This document shows positions 50,877-63,017 of a DNA stretch of 64,000 nucleotides, piece after piece. This DNA is from Thermoplasmatales archaeon (GTDB lineage: Archaea > Thermoplasmatota > Thermoplasmata > Thermoplasmatales > Thermoplasmataceae), in NCBI GenBank assembly GCA_027310185.1, contig DAIDBH010000018.1, forward strand, positions 64,001 through 128,000, in the 5' to 3' direction. A program made the translations under genes and the position numbers. The first letter of the stretch is position 1. Each line of letters begins with the position of its first letter. The notes below the pieces were generated by a model. It was given only the letters and a program-made list of their open reading frames with translations, searched no databases and was not told the DNA's origin.

Positions 50877-52823
50877 ATGGAAAACAATGAAGATGTAAAT
50901 CCAACTGTTGCTGGAGAAGACAAGAAACTTAAAAAAGAATTGAGTTTTGTCCAGCTACTCTTCCTTTCCATAGGAGGAATAATCGGTTCGGGATGGCTTT
51001 TTGGAGTAAACGCTGGAGCAGCCACAGCTGGTCCAGCTGTAACTCTTTCGTGGCTCATTGGAGGTGTGATGGTTATTTTTATCGCACTTACATACTCAGA
51101 GCTTGCTGCGATGATACCAAGGAGTGGGGCTATAGTAAGATATCCACACATGACTCATGGTAGTTATACGGGCTACATACTTGGATGGGCATACCTGCTT
51201 TCAGCAGTTACTGTTCCATCCATAGAGGCTGTAGCTGCAGTCACATATATATCAGGGCTTAAAGGCCTGGGATTCATGTCCTACTCGGGTACAACAGTAC
51301 TGGGTTCATTCACATCCCTTACAGTATATGGTGTTATGATAGCTGTTTTGCTTATGATAGGTTTCTTCTTCCTTAACTACTTCGGAATAAAATTCCTCGG
51401 AAGATGGAACGAATACTTTGTTTACTGGAAACTGATTATTCCAACAATAACGTTCATCCTGCTGTTCTTTATGTTTCGTGCAAGCAACTTCACTGCCCTT
51501 CCAGGGGGATTCAATGCAATCGGTACACCATTCATATTCACTGCCATACCCGGAGCAGGTATAGTCTTCTCATATCTGGGATTCAGGCAGGCTCTGGATT
51601 ATGGTGGTGAAGCCAAGAATCCTCAGAGAGATATACCCAGGGCATTGATACTGTCAGTAGTCATAGGAATAATAGTATACGAAATCCTTCAGTTAGTCTA
51701 TATAGGAGCAATCAGGGTATCTGTCGCCGATCTAACAACCTTCTCATGGTCAGGCCTAACCGTTTCATCCTACGCTTCCTCACCTTTCTATCACGTATTC
51801 GAGACAGCTGGCATTGCGGGATTTGGTGCGTGGGGCTCAGTATTGCTCGCAGATGCAGTTATATCGCCATCAGGAACTGGATGGATATACCTTGGAACGT
51901 CAACAAGAACCATCTACGGGTTAGCCACGGACAAGTACTTCCCTCCAAGTGTCATGAAAGTAAGAAAGAAGAGTGGAGTTCCCATGATACCATTGATACT
52001 CTCCACAATCATTGGAATAATATTCATAGCTCCTTTCCCCTCATGGTACATTCTGGTAGGGTTCATATCAAGTGCAACTGTCTTCACATATATAATGGGT
52101 GGAGTCAGCCTTAGAGTCCTTAGGAACACAGCTAAAAACGTGGAAAGACCATACAAGCTTCCTTACAGCAGGGTTCTTTCAATCATTGCATTCATAAGTG
52201 CAACGCTGATAGTATACTGGTCAGGATACATCACACTGTCCATATTGATGATGCTGATCCTTGGAGGGATTCCAGTGTACCTGATATACTATGGAACCTA
52301 TAAGCTTGGGATTTCATTGGGGAAGACCATAACAAGTGGACTCATCTTCTGGATAATAATTGGAATTTCGTTCTATCTGCTATATTATGATATAATAATA
52401 CCGGCAGTAGCAAACATAACTGCATCGACACCACTCGCTGCCCCGGATTCAGTCTTCTATTACTTTATAGCTGTATACATAATGATAGTGGTATCAACAA
52501 TTGTTCTGACATTTCTCATCCATCACTGGGCTAAGGATGAAAATAAGAAGGAGATCAAATCAGGCTGGTGGCTCATCTACTTTGTACTGTTCATCTTCGG
52601 TTTCTCATATCTGGGTGCATTCGGTCCATATGTCTCACCAATTGCAGTAGCAGGCCAGTCATTCCCATACGTTCCACTGCTTTTATTCCCCTACGACACA
52701 TTCATCGTAATAGTAGTAGCAATAGCCTTCTTCTTCTTCGCAGTGAGATCAGGTTACTCTGAAGATGATGTACAGTCAATACTTGCAGACCAGGGGGTTC
52801 CTCTCAGCACACTGGAAGACTGA
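50877..52823 (+). CDS. APC family amino acid permease with extra C-terminal TMs
   Basis: IIGSGWLF, FSYLGFRQA, GGEAKNPQR. Confidence 0.92.
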   Translation: MENNEDVNPTVAGEDKKLKKELSFVQLLFLSIGGIIGSGWLFGVNAGAATAGPAVTLSWLIGGVMVIFIALTYSELAAMIPRSGAIVRYPHMTHGSYTGYILGWAYLLSAVTVPSIEAVAAVTYISGLKGLGFMSYSGTTVLGSFTSLTVYGVMIAVLLMIGFFFLNYFGIKFLGRWNEYFVYWKLIIPTITFILLFFMFRASNFTALPGGFNAIGTPFIFTAIPGAGIVFSYLGFRQALDYGGEAKNPQRDIPRALILSVVIGIIVYEILQLVYIGAIRVSVADLTTFSWSGLTVSSYASSPFYHVFETAGIAGFGAWGSVLLADAVISPSGTGWIYLGTSTRTIYGLATDKYFPPSVMKVRKKSGVPMIPLILSTIIGIIFIAPFPSWYILVGFISSATVFTYIMGGVSLRVLRNTAKNVERPYKLPYSRVLSIIAFISATLIVYWSGYITLSILMMLILGGIPVYLIYYGTYKLGISLGKTITSGLIFWIIIGISFYLLYYDIIIPAVANITASTPLAAPDSVFYYFIAVYIMIVVSTIVLTFLIHHWAKDENKKEIKSGWWLIYFVLFIFGFSYLGAFGPYVSPIAVAGQSFPYVPLLLFPYDTFIVIVVAIAFFFFAVRSGYSEDDVQSILADQGVPLSTLED

Positions 52824-53035
52824 AAGGAACAATTTTTTTTACCAATAAATAACCATTTTTTTACATTTTTCAAAATCGTTATATACTTCGTTACTATACA
52901 CAGAATTACGCACAAGCCTGAAAATAAAACCAATATAGGCGTATATGGTGAAAGAGAAAAATCTCAATATGATCCATTGATTCATAATTGGTTAAAGATG
53001 AAGTTGTGAATTGCTATCACAACCGAGATGAGATA

Positions 53036-54601
<1,566 letters not shown>

Positions 54602-54672
54602 TTCAGGTTTTTGCGTTTTTTATCAACAAACTTTTTTAATAAGTATTCGTTAACTAAACAATAGGGTAATTT

Positions 54673-54885
54673 ATGTCAGTTGAAGAAGATCTCGTGGAAG
54701 TACAGAAGAAAATCGAGAGACGATTTTCTGGGATAGGGAAAGGGAAGTATGCCAGAATTATAAAGATGGCAAAGAAACCGGGATCCCAGGAATATGTCAA
54801 GGTGCTGGCGATTACCGGTGCAGGTATTATTTTTTTAGGGGCTCTTGGGTTTTTAATTTACTATCTGATGACAATAGCTTTTTGA
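54673..54885 (+). CDS. secE: Protein translocase subunit SecE/Sec61-gamma
   Basis: YARIIKMAKKP..EY, single TM, directly upstream of spt5. Confidence 0.92.
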   Translation: MSVEEDLVEVQKKIERRFSGIGKGKYARIIKMAKKPGSQEYVKVLAITGAGIIFLGALGFLIYYLMTIAF

Positions 54886-54894
54886 GGGTTTATA

Positions 54895-55776
54895 ATGAGC
54901 ATACAGGAATATGAATGGATTGAGTGTGAGAGTAAGGAAATTAATTCTTATTGTGGACAGAAGGTAAATATACCTGTAACAATAAGAAATATTGAGAAAG
55001 AAAAGAGGACTTTTAAAATAGAATTATCAATGGAATTCATGCAGTCTGATCCCTCTATCATCTGGGAAATGGATTTTACAAACAATGATAGGGGAATACT
55101 TCAGTTCAGTCCGGATGGAGATAAAAAGTTTGACAAGAAGCTTGAACTTGAAGGTCACGCTGTCAGGGAAATGATGTTCACCATCGATTCACCCAAGGGA
55201 GGAAGTATAGGTGACAGTGTTACAGTCCGTATTAGAATAGCATCTGAGGATGGAATTCACTCTGCAAACTTCACGGACAGGATCATACTGAAACCAGTTA
55301 TCATTGCCGTGAAAACAAATGTTGGGAAGGAACTTGAGGTTGCGACAAATCTTCTGAATTCAGACGATAAGGATCTGGAGGAACGATCTGTCCTGAACCC
55401 TTCAGCAAAGAGAGAAATAATGGCAATAATGTCGCCTTATGAGTTAAGGGGATATTTTTATCTGGAAACCATGCACCCTGACAGGATACCATACCTGGGA
55501 AGGTCCATGAGAAATTTCAAGGGTGTCGTTGAAGGTGCAATAAACATAGAAGAGATACAGGAGCAACTCACACCGAAACCAGCAGTCGCAGGTCTTGAAC
55601 TCGGGTCTTTCATTGAACTTGTAAAGGGCCCATTTAAGGGAGAAAAGGCAAGAATAATGAACATCGATCACGAAAAGGAGGAAGTGACAGTTCAATTTAT
55701 AGAGTCTGCAATGCTCATTCCTGTAAAGGTCAAGGCAGAGGATATAAGGGTAATTGAAAGCGGAAAGAAACAATGA
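54895..55776 (+). CDS. spt5: Transcription elongation factor Spt5 with N-terminal extra domain
   Basis: NGN (AVKTNVGKE, LRGYFYLE) and KOW (VKGPFKGEKARI) preceded by ~135 aa. Confidence 0.92.
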   Translation: MSIQEYEWIECESKEINSYCGQKVNIPVTIRNIEKEKRTFKIELSMEFMQSDPSIIWEMDFTNNDRGILQFSPDGDKKFDKKLELEGHAVREMMFTIDSPKGGSIGDSVTVRIRIASEDGIHSANFTDRIILKPVIIAVKTNVGKELEVATNLLNSDDKDLEERSVLNPSAKREIMAIMSPYELRGYFYLETMHPDRIPYLGRSMRNFKGVVEGAINIEEIQEQLTPKPAVAGLELGSFIELVKGPFKGEKARIMNIDHEKEEVTVQFIESAMLIPVKVKAEDIRVIESGKKQ

Positions 55777-57182
55777 GCTATAAACGGGAATCAAGGGAAA
55801 GAAACGAGGCAAGAATAAGAAATATTGAGGAAACTCTGAAGCACCCAAAAACCTTAGTCCCGGACTGTCTTGATAAGGTCATGTTCTGTCCTTTCACTGC
55901 ATATGAGAAAAAACTCACTGGCGAGGTTGATCTTTTAAAATTTGCAAAGTCCCATGATGAGTTTCTGCGGGGACTGGCTGAAACCAAGCGAGCGATTGAT
56001 GATGACGAATTATCATTCTCTGGACTGCTGAAGACACCACACGGAACTGCAACATTTTTCAAGAAGGGAGACACTGACCAGTATGTACTGGCCGGCATCC
56101 AGAATGAAAAACATGATGTGTTCAGGATGCTGAGTTTTTCACGTATTGTCTCATCAGGCAAAGCTGTAATATATTCCGCAGGTTCATATTACAGGGCAAC
56201 CTGCAGGAGTACACCCCCGGAGTCAAAGTTCATAGAGAACATTCTGAACGAGGAAAGTATTTCATATACGCGGGACGAAAGTACAGGTCTACCAGTAGTT
56301 GGAACAGGAGATGATAATACTGAATTATACATTTTTGGTTCGCCACTTTTGCTGTGTGGGTCAATGTCCAAGGTAAACACACCTGCAAAGATATTTAAGT
56401 ATATTCTCTGCAAGGATCCATTGCAGTTAATTTCATTCAACATCTCAAAACTCTCGCGATTTTCAGACAAGTCAGAAAGCACCATATTTGCAAACTACAT
56501 ATCTGGAGGAATGTCTGATTCAGATTTCTTCCAGCAGATTGTATCAAGAAGGAGAAATCTCGCAAAATCATCCGGCTTATTCCTGATTGGAACTGAAACC
56601 TTCCCGGACATCAAAGCATTTCTATCAAAAATAAGCATATCAGAAAGTGAAAGGAATGTCATTTCCGGTCTATGGCCAAAAGGGGAAGGCATCTATATTG
56701 ATGATCCAAGCCCTAGAAAACTATACGAAACTGTATGGCCAGAAATTGGGGAGCAAATAGTTGAAAAGCTTTACCCTGGAGCAACAGAAAAACACAGGGA
56801 TGTAATGAAAGGAAATCCAGTTGAAATTCTTGACCGTCTTAACAGGACTGTAAAGCTGGAGGATACAAAGGAAAGGATGAAATTAAGATCATGGTCGTTA
56901 CCATCATCACAACTTGCGGATCTTATAGCAATAGGAATAACAGAGGAACCGGAATCCCTTACAGAGTACATATCAAAAATGTCCATGAAGGAAAATGACA
57001 GCCAGGCCGTTGCTTATTGCATACAGGAAATTTACAAGCTGAACAGAAGTCAGTCATGGAAGATCTCAAGCGATGCGGTTGTCAAGGGCAGGATGATCAT
57101 GGAATATGTATCAAGAATTATAAAAGATCCATGGAACAACCCGGATGCAATATTCCAGGAGATATCAAAAATAATAAGGTGA
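55773..57182 (+). CDS. Hypothetical soluble protein, coupled to spt5
   Basis: 469-aa ORF with ATGA overlap; no motif recognised. Confidence 0.8.
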   Translation: MSYKRESRERNEARIRNIEETLKHPKTLVPDCLDKVMFCPFTAYEKKLTGEVDLLKFAKSHDEFLRGLAETKRAIDDDELSFSGLLKTPHGTATFFKKGDTDQYVLAGIQNEKHDVFRMLSFSRIVSSGKAVIYSAGSYYRATCRSTPPESKFIENILNEESISYTRDESTGLPVVGTGDDNTELYIFGSPLLLCGSMSKVNTPAKIFKYILCKDPLQLISFNISKLSRFSDKSESTIFANYISGGMSDSDFFQQIVSRRRNLAKSSGLFLIGTETFPDIKAFLSKISISESERNVISGLWPKGEGIYIDDPSPRKLYETVWPEIGEQIVEKLYPGATEKHRDVMKGNPVEILDRLNRTVKLEDTKERMKLRSWSLPSSQLADLIAIGITEEPESLTEYISKMSMKENDSQAVAYCIQEIYKLNRSQSWKISSDAVVKGRMIMEYVSRIIKDPWNNPDAIFQEISKIIR

Positions 57183-57185
57183 ATC

Positions 57186-57647
57186 ATGGCACGCCACGTT
57201 CTATCAAAGAAAGATCTTAAGATTTTTTTTGAAAAATTGAAAGAAAATAATCTGTGGGCAGATTTCTTCTCAAATTCAAACATAGAAGTTGAGGAACATA
57301 AGGGAAAGAAATGCTATTCAATTGGTGGAAGGTTCATTGCCTATGAAGAGGATCGATTTCTTCCATCCATAGACCTTCTCAACGCAATAAAGCCAGAAAT
57401 TTCATCTGTGACCGTAGATAACGGGGCAGTACCTCATATCCTCAATGGAGCCAAACTGTTTGGGAAAGGAATAACCCAGATAGGTGAAAGCATTAAACCG
57501 GGAAGCCTTGTTTATGTAAAAGACCCATCAGGCAGGTTCATTGCAGTGGGTATTGCAACAAAATCAACAGAAGAACTTAAGATATCCAAGGATGGGCCAG
57601 CTGCAGATATAATAATGTCTCCAGCCAGAAACCCATGCACACAGTGA
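57186..57647 (+). CDS. PUA-domain RNA-binding protein (MCT-1/Tma20-like)
   Basis: VTVDNGAVPHILNGAKLFGKGI. Confidence 0.88.
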   Translation: MARHVLSKKDLKIFFEKLKENNLWADFFSNSNIEVEEHKGKKCYSIGGRFIAYEEDRFLPSIDLLNAIKPEISSVTVDNGAVPHILNGAKLFGKGITQIGESIKPGSLVYVKDPSGRFIAVGIATKSTEELKISKDGPAADIIMSPARNPCTQ

Positions 57648-57690
57648 AGGGGGCTAGAAAGGTATTTATTCAAACATTCCTTACTATGGT

Positions 57691-58149
57691 ATGGCAGAAC
57701 TATTGAAAACCGGTTCAAAAATTCCGGAGTTTGAAACAGTGGATCAGCAAGGAAATAGCATTGGATCGAAGGCAATTAAGGGAAAGCCGGCAGTTATATA
57801 CTTCTACCCGAAAGATGACACGCCTGGATGCACGGTGGAAGCGTGTGAATTTAGGGATAATATATCACAGTTCAGGGAAAAAGGCGTCAATGTATTTGGT
57901 GTATCCGTGGATGATCAAAAGTCACACAAGAAATTTGAGGAAAAATTCAACCTGAATTTTCCATTGCTCGTTGACAAAGATAAGAAGATAAGTGAGCAGT
58001 TCGGAGTCCTGGGTGAAAGGTCGGCAAAAAGAGTAACATTCATAGTGGACAGCAAGGGCATGGTGGTTCACGTTTTTCCCAAGGTTTCACCAAAGGGACA
58101 CACTGAAGAAGTAATGAATAAATTGAAGGAATTAAAATTGGTAAATTAG
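57691..58149 (+). CDS. bcp: Peroxiredoxin, BCP/PrxQ type
   Basis: YFYPKDDTPGCTVEAC. Confidence 0.93.
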   Translation: MAELLKTGSKIPEFETVDQQGNSIGSKAIKGKPAVIYFYPKDDTPGCTVEACEFRDNISQFREKGVNVFGVSVDDQKSHKKFEEKFNLNFPLLVDKDKKISEQFGVLGERSAKRVTFIVDSKGMVVHVFPKVSPKGHTEEVMNKLKELKLVN

Positions 58150-58153
58150 GGAA

Positions 58154-58555
58154 TCAGGCAAGTACAAATTTATAGCCGTAATAGATTATCCCACTTTTTC
58201 CATCTTCAGCTATTTTCCTGAATACTTTTTTCACCCTTTTTCCCTCTTTTACTTCTGCGTTACCGACATCAACAAGCTGACCTGTGATCATTGGTCCCTC
58301 ATCCAGCTTGATCAGTGCCAGTACATATGGTTTCTGTCGTGAGAATGCAGGTGGTGCTTCATGAACTATGGTAAACGAAAAGATTTCCCCATCGCCTGAA
58401 AGTTCATGATCCATCATCTTCCCTATGGAATCCCTGTGACATACAGGGCAGATGTCCCTTGATGGAAAATATATCCTGCCACAATTTCCACACTTCTTTC
58501 CAAGCAATCTGTACCTGTTTGGACTTTCTCTCCACATTCTTGATAATTCTCCCAT
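58154..58555 (-). CDS. DUF35 Zn-ribbon/OB-fold scaffold protein
   Basis: CGNCG..YFP.R..CPVC; third gene of the HMGCS-thiolase operon. Confidence 0.92.
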   Translation of the reverse strand: MGELSRMWRESPNRYRLLGKKCGNCGRIYFPSRDICPVCHRDSIGKMMDHELSGDGEIFSFTIVHEAPPAFSRQKPYVLALIKLDEGPMITGQLVDVGNAEVKEGKRVKKVFRKIAEDGKSGIIYYGYKFVLA

Positions 58556-59722
58556 TTATTCCACCCCCAGTATATGAACAACAGATGCAACACCTGAGCC
58601 TGCCATGTTATGTATCATTGCGGTCTTTGCGTCTTTTATCTGCCTCTTGTTCGCTCTTCCCTTCAACTGCAAATATGCTTCTACTGCCTGTCCAACGCCA
58701 GTTGCACCATAGGGGAATCCCTTGGCTTTCAGACCACCGGATGGATTTACCGGCAATCTGTCATTAAGAGATATACCCTCTTCAATCAGTTCCTTCGCCT
58801 TTCCCTTATCAGCAAATCCAAGATCCTCCAGAGCTATCAAACCATAAATATTATAAGAATCATGGACTTCAACGAAAGATACATCTGAGTTCTTCATGTT
58901 TGCATCCTTTAGCGCCTTTCTTGCTGCCAGTTTTGTAGGTTCTACTGTATACAGGCATTCCCTGCTATGAAGCGCAAATGGGCCCTGTGACATTGCAGAT
59001 GACAGTATCTTTACACCCTCTATGGAATTCTTCTTCACATATTCCTCAGAAGCAAGTATGACACTTGAAGCACCATCACTGAGGGGTGCACAGTCCATTA
59101 GGTTGAGGGGTTCAGCAATCAACGTAGCATTAAGAGCCTGCTGTACCGTTATTTTATTCCTGAAGTGTGCACTCTCATTGAGACTTGCATTCAGATGATC
59201 ATTTACTGATAGTTTTGCGAGGGCTTCCTTAGGTACATTGAAATCCTTCAGATACTTCCTGGCAGAAAGGGCAGCGAGAGCAGCAGGAGTTCCACCTTCG
59301 AACGCTTCCCACTCCCTGTCAAGTATGGAAGAGGTTATGTCAATGTTCTCATTTCCGTAAAGTTCCGTCATTTTCTCAGCTCCTCCCACCATTACAATAT
59401 CGTATTCTCCTGACTTAATTGCAAGATACCCTTCCCTGATGGCTGCGCCTCCAGATGCAGTTGATGCTTCAATTCTCATTGATGGGATGTACTCAGAAGA
59501 TATTCCTGCATGATCTGACATCAATGCACTCAGATGTTCCTGCCTGCTTATATCTCCACCAAGACTGTTGCTCATATAAATGGCCCCAAGATCCCTTGTC
59601 CTGATTCCTGCATCCTCCACAGCCTTTAAACCAGCTTCCACTGCAATGTCTCTCAGTGATCTGTCCCACAATTCTCCGTACTTTGCCTCTCCTGCCCCTA
59701 TTATATAAACACTCTTACTCAA
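58556..59722 (-). CDS. Archaeal thiolase-fold protein with degenerate active site
   Basis: GGAEKM, SDGA, EVHD, NPSGGL present; EASTASGG and KGFPYGATG replace EAACASG and KGHPxGATG. Confidence 0.9.
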   Translation of the reverse strand: MSKSVYIIGAGEAKYGELWDRSLRDIAVEAGLKAVEDAGIRTRDLGAIYMSNSLGGDISRQEHLSALMSDHAGISSEYIPSMRIEASTASGGAAIREGYLAIKSGEYDIVMVGGAEKMTELYGNENIDITSSILDREWEAFEGGTPAALAALSARKYLKDFNVPKEALAKLSVNDHLNASLNESAHFRNKITVQQALNATLIAEPLNLMDCAPLSDGASSVILASEEYVKKNSIEGVKILSSAMSQGPFALHSRECLYTVEPTKLAARKALKDANMKNSDVSFVEVHDSYNIYGLIALEDLGFADKGKAKELIEEGISLNDRLPVNPSGGLKAKGFPYGATGVGQAVEAYLQLKGRANKRQIKDAKTAMIHNMAGSGVASVVHILGVE

Positions 59723-60776
59723 CGTCTTCACCCAGTATTAATTTCTTCTTGAATTTGGCATACATGCCGTAGTCAAGGAATATGGTATCCTCCAGCATTT
59801 CTCTTACTGTTACTGCACCTCTTTTATGCAAATTCTCTATTTCTGAATTGACTTCAATGTGAAATGCATCAGAACCTGCCCCCGAGCCAAATGACACTGC
59901 AAGTATCCTATCCCCATCCTTCGCAACATCCAGTATGGCTGAAAGTCCAACCATCATTGCACCGGAATAGGTATTTCCTATGAGCGGAGTTAGCAATCCC
60001 TCCTTGTACTGTTTTTCTTCAAATCCCAGTAACTTTGCAGCCCTGGTAGGGAATTTACCATTTGGCTGATGAAATACTGCATAATCATAGTCTTCAGGCT
60101 TGGTTTTCATTCTCTCCATCATTTCCTTTCCAGCAGACACAACATGCTTGAAATAGGCGGGCTCGCCAGTAAATCTCTCCCCGTGTGTAGGATATGGCTG
60201 GCCTTCTCTTCTCCAGAAATCTGGAGTATCTGATGTCACAGATAAAGTTGACTTGATCTCTGCCGCAACATTTTCACTTCCTATGATCATGGCTGTTCCA
60301 CCTGCAGATGCTGAATATTCCAGTACATCACCTGGTGCACCCTGCGAAGTATCAGAACCAATTGCCATTCCTGTCTTGATCATTCCTGACTGGACCATTG
60401 CAAGTACATTCTGCATTCCTGCTGTACCTGCCTTGCACGCAAACTCGTAATCGGCAGCGAACATGTCGAACTTTGCTCCTATTGCTGAAGACACAATTGT
60501 GGCTGTTGGTTTTACTGCATAGGGATGGCTTTCTGAGCCTATATACATTGCCTCTATCTGTTCACCCTTTATACCTCCTCGCTTTAACGCTGTCCTTGCA
60601 GCCTCAACAGAGATTGTTGCTACATCCTCATCAGGAGAAGGAACAGATTTACTCAGAATGTAGATACCATTCTTTATGTTCTCCGGATCCTCTCCCCAGA
60701 TCCTGGCTATTTCGTCTGGTTTGATCCTGTATTTTGGGATATAACTCCCGTAACTTACTATTCCACTTTTTCCCAT
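59715..60776 (-). CDS. Hydroxymethylglutaryl-CoA synthase
   Basis: [40 protein letters not shown]. Confidence 0.95.
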   Translation of the reverse strand: MGKSGIVSYGSYIPKYRIKPDEIARIWGEDPENIKNGIYILSKSVPSPDEDVATISVEAARTALKRGGIKGEQIEAMYIGSESHPYAVKPTATIVSSAIGAKFDMFAADYEFACKAGTAGMQNVLAMVQSGMIKTGMAIGSDTSQGAPGDVLEYSASAGGTAMIIGSENVAAEIKSTLSVTSDTPDFWRREGQPYPTHGERFTGEPAYFKHVVSAGKEMMERMKTKPEDYDYAVFHQPNGKFPTRAAKLLGFEEKQYKEGLLTPLIGNTYSGAMMVGLSAILDVAKDGDRILAVSFGSGAGSDAFHIEVNSEIENLHKRGAVTVREMLEDTIFLDYGMYAKFKKKLILGEDVE

Positions 60777-60968
60777 ATCTGGGGTTAAAATTTCAAACAT
60801 ATTTAAAAATTGTTAAATATGGCTTCGACAAATGACTAATCAAAAGTTCATAAATTCAAAAAATAAGGAGAAAATCTGCAAACATGACATGAACTGTAAG
60901 CAAAAACAATTAAAGAATAATATCAATAAAAAATAAATAGATATAATATCTATCTCACTGGGAATAAA

Positions 60969-61184
60969 ATGGATGAATTATCAGTAAACGCAAAAAAGGT
61001 TTACGATGCACTGAAAAAAATAAATGCAGTATCAGAGGATAAACTGAAAACTGCAGATGACATAATGAAAGCCTCAAATCTAGGGAAAGCACTTGTTAAT
61101 GCTGCTCTCCAGGAATTATTGAACAAATCCTATGTAAAGAGGATTGCGAGGCAAAAAAGTGCGGGTTATTACGTAACCAAGTAA
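60969..61184 (+). CDS. Small basic winged-helix protein
   Basis: 71 aa, three helices plus wing (YVKR...YYV), Lys-rich. Confidence 0.75.
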   Translation: MDELSVNAKKVYDALKKINAVSEDKLKTADDIMKASNLGKALVNAALQELLNKSYVKRIARQKSAGYYVTK

Positions 61185-61236
61185 ATTATCTTACACATAA
61201 ATTTAAGTATATTCTTATACATGCAGATAAGGGGCA

Positions 61237-62367
61237 ATGACCACTCTAATTCTGAATATAGACAGGGATAATGATTACGGAGAGAAGTCCGGTGTTAAAG
61301 GACCGGTTGTAGGATACTCCCAGTGCTATAATGCCGCAGTAAAGCTTATAACTGCCGATCCAGAAGATTCAGATGCAAATGCTCTTTTTGGGGCGCTTAA
61401 ACATTATGAAGACCTGCAGTCAAGAGGAGATGATGTTGAAATAGCCCTTGTTACAGGTGATGATGATGTGGGCGAAAAATCAGACGAGATCATTTCAAGT
61501 CAGCTTGACAGTGTATTTTCTGATGGGAAATATTCAGATTGCATCCTGATTTCAGATGGCGCAGAAGATGATTATGTAATCCCACTAATTCTTTCCAGAA
61601 CAAAAATTAGATATGTAAAGCACATAATTGTAAGGCATAATCAGAATATAGAATCGCTTTATTATTATATTGTAAAGGCAATGAAAGACAAGAAACTCCT
61701 CAAGAAAATCTTTATTCCAGTGGGACTGATCCTTCTTGTATATGGTGTTGCAGTTCTTTCTTTCGTAGCATTCTTCGACCTGACTGGAAGATTGACAACA
61801 AGTCCTTCCCTGTATGCATACACACTCGTCATTGTAGTTCTAGGGGGGTATTTCACAGAGCGTGGTTTTGATATCAGAACAAAGATTGACAGGGTTCTAA
61901 ATGAGGTTAAAGCCTATTCAGAAGAAGCCAGGGTAATGTTCATATCAACAATAGTGTCCATTGGGATATTCCTTGTAGGAATAGCATCTACTTATCCCAT
62001 TCTCTATGACCTGAAGATGCTTCCACTAGACAGGATCCTTTACTTTCTGCAGATCTTTGGATTATGGGTATATGTTTCCATAGTCACAAGAGCATTATTC
62101 AAGATAGCAGATATCTATATCGGCGGGTCTCCAAGATCAGATACCCTGTTCTATGCTGTTTCATTTTCACTTTCTGCAGAATTTCTGATCCTCGGGATAC
62201 TTGGATACCTGAGATATTCACTTAAATACGTTGGGTTTAATCAGGCTCTCGAATCAGTAATCATAATCACAGTTGGTATAGCCATTGCACTGGTCACAGC
62301 TGCTGTACACAGAAAAAGAATGGCCTTTCTCGGATCAGGAAGTTATACAAGTAAAGATCAAACATGA
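61237..62367 (+). CDS. DUF373 family membrane protein
   Basis: IDRDND, DPEDSDAN, SDGAED, C-terminal TMs. Confidence 0.9.
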   Translation: MTTLILNIDRDNDYGEKSGVKGPVVGYSQCYNAAVKLITADPEDSDANALFGALKHYEDLQSRGDDVEIALVTGDDDVGEKSDEIISSQLDSVFSDGKYSDCILISDGAEDDYVIPLILSRTKIRYVKHIIVRHNQNIESLYYYIVKAMKDKKLLKKIFIPVGLILLVYGVAVLSFVAFFDLTGRLTTSPSLYAYTLVIVVLGGYFTERGFDIRTKIDRVLNEVKAYSEEARVMFISTIVSIGIFLVGIASTYPILYDLKMLPLDRILYFLQIFGLWVYVSIVTRALFKIADIYIGGSPRSDTLFYAVSFSLSAEFLILGILGYLRYSLKYVGFNQALESVIIITVGIAIALVTAAVHRKRMAFLGSGSYTSKDQT

Positions 62368-63017
62368 TTCTTTGGGATGATCTATATGAAAGAGTCTGCA
62401 AGGAGCTTGAAATAGACTGTAGATCTGATATTGCTGCTACAGAAATCCTGAGTGCAATGGCAGTTCACCAGATAGCGTTTATTGAAAGAATCAACAAGTT
62501 CAGGAAAGGTGATTTTATCATCTATGGACCGGCAGGACAAGCTGTGGATAGAAAGGAAACTGGCATGGTTACTATCATTGCTGATTCCGCAATAGAAAGG
62601 TTCAAAGACTTAATACCTGATGTAATCGTAACAGATCTTGACGGAAATCTCGACAGGATCATGAGTTGCTGGAGGAATGGTTCAATACTGTGTATACATG
62701 CCCACGGAGACAACATAAAGAAAATTCTTGAATTTGTCCCATTACTGAAGGGAGATTTCCTCGGTACATGCCAGTCTCAGAGCACAGAAAACCTGTTAAA
62801 TTTACACGGCTTTACTGATGGGGACAGGGCCGTAAAACTGGCTCAGTTTCTTGAAGCGAACTCCATCAGGCTGGATGGCTTTGATTTCAGGAAACCTGTG
62901 AGTAAATACGGAAGCAGGGATAAGGAAAAAAAACTGAGATTCGCAGAGATGATAATACTTGATTCGGTGAGGGAAAGAACTGGGAAAGAATTTACCTTTA
63001 TTCCTGAGGTTTTCTGA
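62364..63017 (+). CDS. 6-hydroxymethyl-7,8-dihydropterin pyrophosphokinase MptE-like
   Basis: VTDLDG, HAHGDN, GFTDGDRA, GFDF. Confidence 0.88.
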   Translation: MILWDDLYERVCKELEIDCRSDIAATEILSAMAVHQIAFIERINKFRKGDFIIYGPAGQAVDRKETGMVTIIADSAIERFKDLIPDVIVTDLDGNLDRIMSCWRNGSILCIHAHGDNIKKILEFVPLLKGDFLGTCQSQSTENLLNLHGFTDGDRAVKLAQFLEANSIRLDGFDFRKPVSKYGSRDKEKKLRFAEMIILDSVRERTGKEFTFIPEVF

